A DNA stretch of 64,000 nucleotides from Gammaproteobacteria bacterium (lineage in GTDB: Bacteria > Pseudomonadota > Gammaproteobacteria > Pseudomonadales > Porticoccaceae): positions 82,465 through 146,464 of the forward strand of contig JADJET010000003.1 of the NCBI GenBank assembly GCA_016708925.1, written 5' to 3'. Under the pieces are notes generated by a model that saw only the letters and a list, made by a program, of their open reading frames with translations, was not told the origin of the DNA and ran no database searches. The position numbers and the translations under genes were made by a program. Below, in pieces: positions 1 through 7,521 of this stretch. Position 1 is the stretch's first letter. Each line of letters starts with the position of its first letter.

Positions 1-180
1 TGGTACAAGCCGGCGCACAACCGCGCCCGCATCCTCCCGGATTATTACCTGCACGAGACGGCGGACTGGCTGGTATTTCCCCACGAACTGGCGGGGCTCA
101 GCACCGACGAAATCCGCGCCGGCAAGGGCGCGCTGGGCGCCTTGCTGCTGAATTCCCCGCGGTTCGATCGAGAGCCCTGA
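1..180 (+). CDS. C-terminal fragment of an unidentified protein (gene starts upstream of window)
   Basis: Frame 1 is open from base 1 to TGA at 178-180 with strong G/C third-position bias (WYKPAHNRARILPDYYLHETADWLVFPHELAGLSTDEIRAGKG...). No family recognised. Confidence 0.35.
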   Translation, partial: WYKPAHNRARILPDYYLHETADWLVFPHELAGLSTDEIRAGKGALGALLLNSPRFDREP

Positions 181-216
181 CCGGCGGCGGCACAACCGTA
201 CCGCCGGTCGGGGCCA

Positions 217-1458
217 TCAGACACTCGCGATGGTGGCGACGCCCGCGGGCAGCGGCTCGGAGACCAGCACACCCTCGGCTTCCAGCGCGGCCACTTCGGC
301 CACCGTCACCCCGGCGAATTGCGAGAATACTTCGCGGTTGTGCTCGCCCAGATAGGGCGCCTGCAGATCCAGCGGCTCGGGAAAGTCGGAGAAGCGCAGC
401 GGAATACCCGGGATTTGCAGATCGCCGTAACCGCGATCATGAATGGTGCGCACCACTTCGCGCTCGATCAGATGGGGATGTTCCATGGCCTCGGGCACAC
501 TCAGCACCGGCGCCACCGGGACGTGCATGTCCTCCAGCAAACGCAGGGCATCGTCACGATCGTAGTCCCGGAGCCAGTCCTCGATGATGGCGACGATCTC
601 GAGGCGATTCTGGACGCGCTTGGCGTTGGTGTCGTAATTGGGGTTGTCCACCAGATCATCGCGACCCATCGCCTTGCACAGCGGCACCCACTGCCGCGCC
701 ATCACCACCATGAACAGGTAGCCATCGCGACATTTGAACAGGCCCAGCGGCGCCGCCGCGTAATGATGGTGGCCGGAACGCCTGGGCACGATCTTGCCCT
801 TGCTGCCCGAGTAGGCCTGCACATTGATCTCGTGGCTGTGGAAATAGGAATCCAGCAGCGAGATGTCGATGTACTGTCCGCGGCCGGTCTTGTAGCGGTA
901 CAGCAGCGCGGCGTTGATGGCGGCGAGCGCATGCACCCCCGCACTGACATCGCCGATGCCCAGCATCGGAAAATACGGCGGCTGATCGGGATCGCCGATC
1001 ATGTCCATGACGCCCGACACCGCCATGGCGATGTAATCGAAACCGGGCAGCTCGGAAAGCGGACCGGTCTGACCGAACGCCGAGAGCGAGCACATGATCA
1101 ATTCGGGATTGAGCTGGCGCGCCACGTCCCATCCGAGCCCCAACCGCGCAATCGCGCCCGGCGAAAAATTTTCGAGCAACACATCGCAGGATTTGACCAG
1201 TTCCTTGACGAGCACGAGTCCCTTGGGATTGCGAATATCCACGCAGACGCTTTTTTTGCCGCGATTCTGCTGAATGTAGTAACCGCTGCGGCCGGCGCGC
1301 CGGTGCGGCAATTGGTGAGTCGGATCGCCGGCGGGCGCGAGTTCCACCTTGATTACCTCGGCACCCATTTCCGCCAGCAGGCGGGTGGTGGTGGGGCCGG
1401 CCAGAAACTGGGTGAAATCCAGTATCCGGTAACCCTCCATCATATGCTTTGGTTGCAT
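217..1458 (-). CDS. family III CoA-transferase (CaiB/BaiF family), paralog 1 of 4
   Basis: 413 aa. Carries hallmark blocks of the CaiB/BaiF/Frc family: YRILDFTQFLAGP, GRSGYYIQQNRGKKS, ENFSPG, MCSLSAFGQTGPL, GFDYIA, GIGDVSAGVHA (catalytic Asp block). ATG at 1456-1458. Confidence 0.9.
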   Translation of the reverse strand: MQPKHMMEGYRILDFTQFLAGPTTTRLLAEMGAEVIKVELAPAGDPTHQLPHRRAGRSGYYIQQNRGKKSVCVDIRNPKGLVLVKELVKSCDVLLENFSPGAIARLGLGWDVARQLNPELIMCSLSAFGQTGPLSELPGFDYIAMAVSGVMDMIGDPDQPPYFPMLGIGDVSAGVHALAAINAALLYRYKTGRGQYIDISLLDSYFHSHEINVQAYSGSKGKIVPRRSGHHHYAAAPLGLFKCRDGYLFMVVMARQWVPLCKAMGRDDLVDNPNYDTNAKRVQNRLEIVAIIEDWLRDYDRDDALRLLEDMHVPVAPVLSVPEAMEHPHLIEREVVRTIHDRGYGDLQIPGIPLRFSDFPEPLDLQAPYLGEHNREVFSQFAGVTVAEVAALEAEGVLVSEPLPAGVATIASV

Positions 1459-1550
1459 ATTTATTTACCTCTGGCAGCTTGCGAAACTTGGACTTCCCGA
1501 CTTAAGGACACTTCCAAAAATCCATTTTTCGTCGGTCCCGCGCAGTGCCT

Positions 1551-1619
1551 CCCCCCGCGAAGGTGGGGGTTGGAACCCCGGGGTCTCAAAGCCTTCTGGA
1601 TGCCCGCCTGCGCGGGCAT
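1551..1619. repeat. REP-like cluster of GC-rich palindromes in the spacer between CoA-transferase paralogs 1 and 2
   Basis: CCCCC-N8-GGGGG (1552-1569), ACCCCGGGGT (1575-1584) and ATGCCCGC-ctgc-GCGGGCAT (1600-1619). The last translates as the ...PAQAGIQ... artefact peptide typical of REP-type extragenic palindromes in proteobacteria. Confidence 0.5.
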
Positions 1620-1654
1620 GACGATCATTCTCAGAACGTCGTTAATTTTAGAGC

Positions 1655-2869
1655 TCACACCGGCTTGGAAAACAGCACGTTGCGACTTTCGAGATCCCGC
1701 ACCTGTTCGGGCGAATACCTCAGAAAGCGCTGAAGAATTTCCGCATTGTGCTCACCCAGCAGCGGCGCCTGAATATTTTCGTCGACTTCGTATTTGGAAA
1801 ACCGCAGCGGCATGCCGGGAATCTGGAATTTCCCCAGGATGCGGTCGTCGATCGTGCGCACCGTGCGGCGCTCGATCATATGGGGATGCGCCATGGCTTC
1901 CGGCACCGACAGGATGGGCGCGCAGGGGATGCGGGCGCCTTCGAGAATTTCCAGCGCCGCGGCATCCGACGGCAGCGTCTGCAACCAGGCCTCGATGATC
2001 GCGATCATCTCCTCGCGATTGACCATGCGCGCGTCGTTATCCACGAATTTCGGGTCCGCGATCAGATCTTCGCGACCCATGGCACGGCACAACGGCGACC
2101 ACTGGTGCAACAGCGCCAGGATCATCAGGTGCCCGTCTTTCGCTTTGAAAATACCGCTCGGCCCCACTGCGTAGTGGTGCGAGCCGCTGCGGTGGGGTTG
2201 CACTTTTCCGCCGCTGGCGGAATAGGCTTGCACGCTCACTTCGTGGTAGTGGAAGTAGCTGTCGAGCAGCGAAATATCCAGCCACTGCCCGCCGCCGTCG
2301 CGCGCGCGTTCGAGCAGCGCATAACCGATCGCCGTGAGTGCGTGGACGCCGGTGCCGACATCGCCGAACGCCAGCATGGGCATCGATGGCGCCCGGTCGG
2401 GCTCGCCGATCAGATCGCTCACCGCCGCATAGGCCTGGGCGATGTAGTCGAAGCCCGGGTACGCGGCGAGCGGCCCTTGCTGGCCGAACGCCGAGATCGA
2501 ACACATGATGATCTCGGGATTGAGCTCCCGCACCACGTCCCAGCTCAGTCCGAGGCGGCCCACTACGCCCGGGGCAAAATTTTCGATGAACACATCGCAG
2601 TGCTTCAGCAGCTGCTTGATGATGTCCAGCCCCTCGGGCGTTTTCGGATCCAGACACAGGCTTTTCTTGCCGCGATTCTGCTGAATGAAATAGCCGCTGC
2701 GGCCATCGCGGCAGAACGGGAAATTCCGCACCGGCTCGCCGTGCGGGCCGATCTCCACCTTGATGACCTCGGCGCCCATCTGAACCATCAGATTGGTGGC
2801 GGCGGGGCCTGCCAGATACTGGGTCAGATCCAGCACCCGGTAGCCGTCCAGTACATGTTTCGGCTGCAT
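1655..2869 (-). CDS. family III CoA-transferase, paralog 2 of 4
   Basis: The track ORF 1655-3238 has a spurious N-terminal extension. Homology starts at MQPKHVLDGYRVLDLTQYLAGP (ATG 2867-2869), giving 404 aa with the same conserved blocks as paralog 1. Confidence 0.9.
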   Translation of the reverse strand: MQPKHVLDGYRVLDLTQYLAGPAATNLMVQMGAEVIKVEIGPHGEPVRNFPFCRDGRSGYFIQQNRGKKSLCLDPKTPEGLDIIKQLLKHCDVFIENFAPGVVGRLGLSWDVVRELNPEIIMCSISAFGQQGPLAAYPGFDYIAQAYAAVSDLIGEPDRAPSMPMLAFGDVGTGVHALTAIGYALLERARDGGGQWLDISLLDSYFHYHEVSVQAYSASGGKVQPHRSGSHHYAVGPSGIFKAKDGHLMILALLHQWSPLCRAMGREDLIADPKFVDNDARMVNREEMIAIIEAWLQTLPSDAAALEILEGARIPCAPILSVPEAMAHPHMIERRTVRTIDDRILGKFQIPGMPLRFSKYEVDENIQAPLLGEHNAEILQRFLRYSPEQVRDLESRNVLFSKPV

Positions 2870-2927
2870 CGTCACATTCCCATACTTTTCGTTTTTCGTT
2901 TTTCGCCCGGAAAATGCGCGGACGGCT

Positions 2928-4142
2928 TCAGTGCGCGGCGCTGACCAGCACCCCGCCCTGCTCCAGTTCCGCCACCTGCGCGGCCCCGTAGCCGAGCAGA
3001 CCGGTGAGGATCTCGGCATTGTGCTCGCCGAGCAACGGCGCCTGCAGCGACGGCAGCTCGGGATGGTTGGAAAAGCGCAGCGGCATGCCGGGAATATCGA
3101 ATTCGCCCAGCATCCGGTCGGACACGGTGCGCACGGTGCCGCGCGCGCGGTGGTGGGGATGCGCGACGGCCTGCGCCACGGTGAGGATCGGCGCCACCGG
3201 CACCCGCACCGCCTGCAGCGCCGCGATGGCGGCGGCATCGGTGGGGAAACTCTGCAACCAGCCTTCGATGAGCGCGATCAGTGCTTTCTGGTTCGCCACC
3301 CGCAGCTCGTTGGTCTTGAAGCGCTCATCCGTGATGAGGTCTTCCCGGCCCATCACCTTGCACAGCACCGGCCACTGGTGCAGCAGCGCCAGGATCATGA
3401 TGTAACCCTCGGGGCCGCGGAAAATGCCGGTCGGCGCCACCGCGTAATGGTGCGAACCGGCGCGGCGCGGCACCATGGCGCCGCCGCTCGCCGAATAGGC
3501 CTGCACATTCACCTCGTGGTGATGGAAATAGCAGTCGAGCAGCGAGATATCCAGATGCTGGCCGACCCCGGTGCGATGCACATCCAGCAGCGCAAACCCC
3601 AGCGCACAGGCCGCATGCACGCCGGTGGTGACATCGCCGATGGCGAGCATGGGCAGACTGGGCGGCCGGTCCGGCTCGCCGATCACCGACGTCACGCCGG
3701 CATAGGCCTGGGCAATGTAGTCGAAACCCGACAGGTGACTGAGCGGCCCGGTCTGGCCAAAGGCCGAAATCGAGCACATCACCAGTTTGGGATTCAGCTC
3801 GCGCACCACCTCCCAGCCAAAGCCGAGCCGCTCGATGACGCCGGGCGCATAATTCTCGATCAGCACATCGCACTGTTGGATGAGATCGCGGATCACCTGT
3901 TTGCTGCGCTCGTCCTTGAGATCGACGCACAGGCTCTTCTTGCCGCGATTCTGCTGCACGTAATAGGCGCTGCGCTTGTTCTTGCGGTACGGAAAGGCGC
4001 GGCTGGGATCGCCGAAAGGTGCCATTTCCACCTTGATGATGTCGGCCCCCATCTCCGCCATCAGGCGGGTGGCGCTGGGGCCGGCCAGATACTGAGTAAA
4101 ATCGATGATGCGGTATCCGGCCAGAATCGGTTTGGATGCCAT
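2928..4142 (-). CDS. family III CoA-transferase, paralog 3 of 4
   Basis: 404 aa. Blocks YRIIDFTQYLAGP, YYVQQNRGKKS, ENYAPG, MCSISAFGQTGPL, GFDYIAQAYAG, AIGDVTTGVHA. Confidence 0.9.
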   Translation of the reverse strand: MASKPILAGYRIIDFTQYLAGPSATRLMAEMGADIIKVEMAPFGDPSRAFPYRKNKRSAYYVQQNRGKKSLCVDLKDERSKQVIRDLIQQCDVLIENYAPGVIERLGFGWEVVRELNPKLVMCSISAFGQTGPLSHLSGFDYIAQAYAGVTSVIGEPDRPPSLPMLAIGDVTTGVHAACALGFALLDVHRTGVGQHLDISLLDCYFHHHEVNVQAYSASGGAMVPRRAGSHHYAVAPTGIFRGPEGYIMILALLHQWPVLCKVMGREDLITDERFKTNELRVANQKALIALIEGWLQSFPTDAAAIAALQAVRVPVAPILTVAQAVAHPHHRARGTVRTVSDRMLGEFDIPGMPLRFSNHPELPSLQAPLLGEHNAEILTGLLGYGAAQVAELEQGGVLVSAAH

Positions 4143-4199
4143 GCCCCTGCCCTCGTTGCAATCGGTTGTAATGTGCGGCTACGGGTTCCGATGCCGCCC

Positions 4200-5426
4200 T
4201 CACGCGGAGGCGGCAGGCACCGGTTCGCTGGCCAGCACACCACCGGCGGCGAGCGCGGCAATATCGCTGTCCGCATAGCCCAGTCCCTTCAGCACTTCGG
4301 CATTGTGTTCGCCCAGAAACGCGGCCTGCAGGTCGAGGAACTCCGGGTACGCCGAGAATCGTAGCGGTACGCCCGGAATCTTCAGCTTGCCGAAGGCGCG
4401 GTCGGTGATCGTGCGCACCGTCTGGCGCTCATTGTGATGCGGGTGCGCCATGGCCTCCGGCACGCTCAGCACCGGCGCCACCGGCACATGGTTCTCTTCG
4501 AGGATGCGCACCGCTTCTTCGTCGCTCGGGGTGGAGCGCAGCCAGGCTTCGATGGCGTCGATCAGCACCTGCTTGTGCTTGACCCGTCCGGCGTTGTCCG
4601 CAAAGCGCGGATCGGTCTTGAAATTTTCGCAGCCGATCACCTTCAGCAGGTTCTCCCACTGCGCGCCGATGGCAATGATCACCAGCCACTTATCCTTGCC
4701 CTTGAACATGCCGAGGGGCGCCACCGCGAAGTGGTGCGCACCCGAGCGGTGGGGTACGAGCTGGCCATTGCTGCCGTCATAGCCCTGGACATTGATCTCG
4801 TGGCAGTGGAACAGGCAGTCGAGCAGGGTGATATCCAGATGCTGACCACCACCACCCTTCTCGCGATGAAACAGCGCCGCGGTGATGGCGCCGTAGGCAT
4901 GGGCACCGGTGGACACATCGCCCATGCCGAGCCCGGGGAAATAGGGCGAGCCGTTCTCTTCGCCGATCATGTCGATCACCCCGGCGTAGGCCTGGGCGAT
5001 GTAGTCGAAGCCGGGCCGGTCCGACAGCGGTCCGGTCTGGCCGAAGGCCGAAATCGAGCACATGATGAGCTTGGGGTTGATCGCGCTCAGGGTCGCGTAG
5101 TCGATGTTGAGGCGTTTCATGACGCCTGGCGTGAAATTTTCCACCACCACGTCCACGTCCCGCACCAGCTTGTGGATCACTTCCTGGGCGCGCGGGTCGC
5201 GCAGATTGAGGCAGATCGACTGCTTGCCGCGATTCTGCTGGATGTAATAGCCGCTGCGACCGTCCTTGAGCGCCGGCATCAGGCGCACCATGTCGCCCAT
5301 GGGCGCAGCCTCCACCTTGATGACATCGGCCCCGGTCTCCGCCATCAGTCGGGTACAGGTCGGCCCCGCCAGCACATGGGTGAAATCCAGGACGCGAACC
5401 CCGTCGAGAACATGCTTTCTGGTCAT
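4200..5426 (-). CDS. family III CoA-transferase, paralog 4 of 4 (first gene of the array)
   Basis: 408 aa. Blocks VRVLDFTHVLAGP, GRSGYYIQQNRGKQS, ENFTPG, MCSISAFGQTGPL, GMGDVSTGAHA. Confidence 0.9.
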   Translation of the reverse strand: MTRKHVLDGVRVLDFTHVLAGPTCTRLMAETGADVIKVEAAPMGDMVRLMPALKDGRSGYYIQQNRGKQSICLNLRDPRAQEVIHKLVRDVDVVVENFTPGVMKRLNIDYATLSAINPKLIMCSISAFGQTGPLSDRPGFDYIAQAYAGVIDMIGEENGSPYFPGLGMGDVSTGAHAYGAITAALFHREKGGGGQHLDITLLDCLFHCHEINVQGYDGSNGQLVPHRSGAHHFAVAPLGMFKGKDKWLVIIAIGAQWENLLKVIGCENFKTDPRFADNAGRVKHKQVLIDAIEAWLRSTPSDEEAVRILEENHVPVAPVLSVPEAMAHPHHNERQTVRTITDRAFGKLKIPGVPLRFSAYPEFLDLQAAFLGEHNAEVLKGLGYADSDIAALAAGGVLASEPVPAASA

Positions 5427-5530
5427 TATTGCCCCCGTTGCTATCGCCGGCGGCGGGTGCCACGGTCGATAGGGTTGATTGGAAAGGTAGAAAATCAGGT
5501 CCGGGGCATGCTACGGCTAACGGGCGTAAA

Positions 5531-5580
5531 CGGCAAATTGCCTTGCAAAGGCCTGCCTTGAATACCTTGCCTTGAATACC
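5531..5580. promoter_or_regulatory. candidate operator: palindrome plus tandem TTGCCTTGAATACC repeats in a divergent promoter region
   Basis: GGCAAATTGCC palindrome (5531-5541), TTGCCTTGCAA, then cTGCCTTGAATACC (5553-5566) directly followed by TTGCCTTGAATACC (5567-5580). Lies between the CoA-transferase operon start (5426, minus) and the DUF1971 gene (5691, plus). Confidence 0.3.
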
Positions 5581-5690
5581 GCCCGGGGACGGGCTCAGCA
5601 ACCTGTTAGGCTGCAACGGCCAGGGGCACGGATCCCCCCTGTTCAACTGGAAGGATTTCCTGCGCTCAATCTACCCAGAGGGTTCCCCCC

Positions 5691-5981
5691 ATGAAAGCCC
5701 TGCCAGACGATGTCGTTGCCTACCAGCGTACACCCGAGTTTACGGAGCAATCCGTTCCCGCCGGATTGCTCAACAGCCACAGCACAAAAGCCGGCGTGTG
5801 GGGAAAGATCGTCGTCGTCGCGGGCACGCTGACCTACCGCATTCTGGAGCCGGTCATTGAAGAGGTGCTGCTCACACCCGAACTACCGGGCGTGGTGGAG
5901 CCGACGGTAAAACACGAAGTAGCGCCGCATGACGGAGTGAGATTTTATGTCGAGTTCCATCGGGCCGCGCCGCCACAGTGA
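5691..5981 (+). CDS. DUF1971 domain protein (TehB N-terminal-like, tellurite-resistance-related)
   Basis: 96 aa. Pattern YQRTPEFTEQSVPAGLLNSHSTKAGVWGKIVV..G.L.Y matches the DUF1971/YeaR-type small beta-barrel family. Confidence 0.65.
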   Translation: MKALPDDVVAYQRTPEFTEQSVPAGLLNSHSTKAGVWGKIVVVAGTLTYRILEPVIEEVLLTPELPGVVEPTVKHEVAPHDGVRFYVEFHRAAPPQ

Positions 5982-6046
5982 GGTTTCCTGTCTTGAAATC
6001 GCGTCGCGGCCAGGAGTGATCCCGTGGTAGCGGACCGTCCCCCGGG

Positions 6047-7462
6047 TCACATCAGCAACAGCCGGATATCGGACAGCAGTGCGACCAGCTGCGTGAGGAA
6101 ACGGCCACCGTCGCCGCCGTTGACGACGCGGTGATCGTAGGAAAGCGCGAGCGGCAACATTGTGCGGGGCATGAATTCGTGGCCGTTCCAGACCGGCTGC
6201 ACGGCGGCGCGGGAGACGCCGAGAATCCCGACTTCCGGCGTGTTCACGATAGGCGTAAAGCCACCCCCGCCGAGGGCGCCCAGGCTGGAGATGGTGAAGC
6301 AGGCGCCCTGCATCTCATTGGTCGTCAACTTGCCGGCGCGCGCCTTGTCGCCGAGTGCGGCGACTTCGGCGGCCAGTTCCCAGATACCCTTGCGATCCAC
6401 ATCGCGCACCACGGGCACCAGTAGCCCGCGCGGCGTGTCCACCGCCATGCCGAGATGAAAATATTCACGCTGCACGAAGTGTGCGCCGTCAGGCGCCAGG
6501 GCGCGATTGAGCACCGGGTTGTCGCGCAGCGCGATGGCGCAGGCTTTGAGAATGAACGGCACCGGGGTCAGCTTGACGCCGCGCGCCTCGGCCTCGCCCT
6601 TGCGCGTCTGGCGGAAGGTTTCGAGTTCGCTGATATCGGCAGCGTCGAACTGGGTGACGTGAGGAACGTTGAGCCAACTGCGGTGCATATTGGCGGCGGT
6701 GAGGCGGCCGATCTTGCTCAGTTCGCCCGGCGTCACCGGCCCGAATTTGGCGTAGTCCACGTCCGGCACTGCGGGGATGGCGCCGCCGCGCACCGCCGCA
6801 GCGACAGGCTGCGCCAGACGCTGGCGCACGAACGCCTGCACATCTTCTTTCTGGATCCGCTGCCGTGGCCCGGACCCCGCCACCCGGGCCAATTCCACAC
6901 CGAGTTCGCGCGCCAGACGCCGCACATAGGGGCCGGCATAAATTTCGGCGCTGGTCGCCGCAGGTGGCGGGTTTTGCGCTGCCGCTCCGCCCTCGGCGGC
7001 AGGCGCGGGTGTCGCCACGGCCGATGCCGCTGGAACCATGGGCTCAGGTTCCGGTGCGGATTCAGGTTCGGATTCGGCGGCACGGACAGCCGCGGGCGCG
7101 GACGCCGGCTTGGAGGCCTCGACCCGCGCCGGCTGGACGGACTTGGCGGCGCCGGATGTGGCCGCGCCCGCCGGGGTGGCGGGCGCGCCGGTTTCAGCAG
7201 GCGTCTTGGCGGCGACAGCGCCATCGACGGTGATTTCCAGCAGCGGAATACCGGCTTTTTTGATCTTGTCGCCTTCCGCGACCAGAAACCGTGCCACCAC
7301 TCCCGCCACCGGGGACGGCAGTTCCATGGTCGCTTTTTCGGATTCCAGCACCAGCAGGGTCTGATCGACCTCCACCCGGTCGCCCACCGCAACCGAGAGC
7401 TCGATCACCTCGACTTCTTCGGCGCCACCGAGATCGGGCACCCGTACTGTTTCGATTGTCAC
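6047..7462 (-). CDS. aceF: pyruvate dehydrogenase E2, dihydrolipoyllysine-residue acetyltransferase (single lipoyl domain)
   Basis: GTG at 7460-7462 preceded by AAGGAAG. Lipoyl domain (VLESEKATMELPSP), Ala/Pro linkers, E3-binding domain (YAGPYVRRLARELGV) and catalytic domain (SYDHRVVNGGDG). The track ORF 6047-8221 is an in-frame read-through into aceE. Confidence 0.9.
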   Translation of the reverse strand: MTIETVRVPDLGGAEEVEVIELSVAVGDRVEVDQTLLVLESEKATMELPSPVAGVVARFLVAEGDKIKKAGIPLLEITVDGAVAAKTPAETGAPATPAGAATSGAAKSVQPARVEASKPASAPAAVRAAESEPESAPEPEPMVPAASAVATPAPAAEGGAAAQNPPPAATSAEIYAGPYVRRLARELGVELARVAGSGPRQRIQKEDVQAFVRQRLAQPVAAAVRGGAIPAVPDVDYAKFGPVTPGELSKIGRLTAANMHRSWLNVPHVTQFDAADISELETFRQTRKGEAEARGVKLTPVPFILKACAIALRDNPVLNRALAPDGAHFVQREYFHLGMAVDTPRGLLVPVVRDVDRKGIWELAAEVAALGDKARAGKLTTNEMQGACFTISSLGALGGGGFTPIVNTPEVGILGVSRAAVQPVWNGHEFMPRTMLPLALSYDHRVVNGGDGGRFLTQLVALLSDIRLLLM

Positions 7463-7521
7463 CTGAGTGTGCTTCCTTGGAGTCTGTCGGTCCGCAACCC
7501 GCACGCGCCGGGCCGCACTGC

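Noticed and set aside
5441-5470. A sigma54 promoter upstream of the CoA-transferase operon (TGGCAC on the minus strand, rc of gtgccacgg). The same idea was considered for the TGGCAC repeats at 62434-62460.
   Set aside because: The -12 TTGC/GC element is absent at the required spacing (TGGCAC-N5-TTGC) in all cases, and no enhancer-binding protein gene is adjacent.
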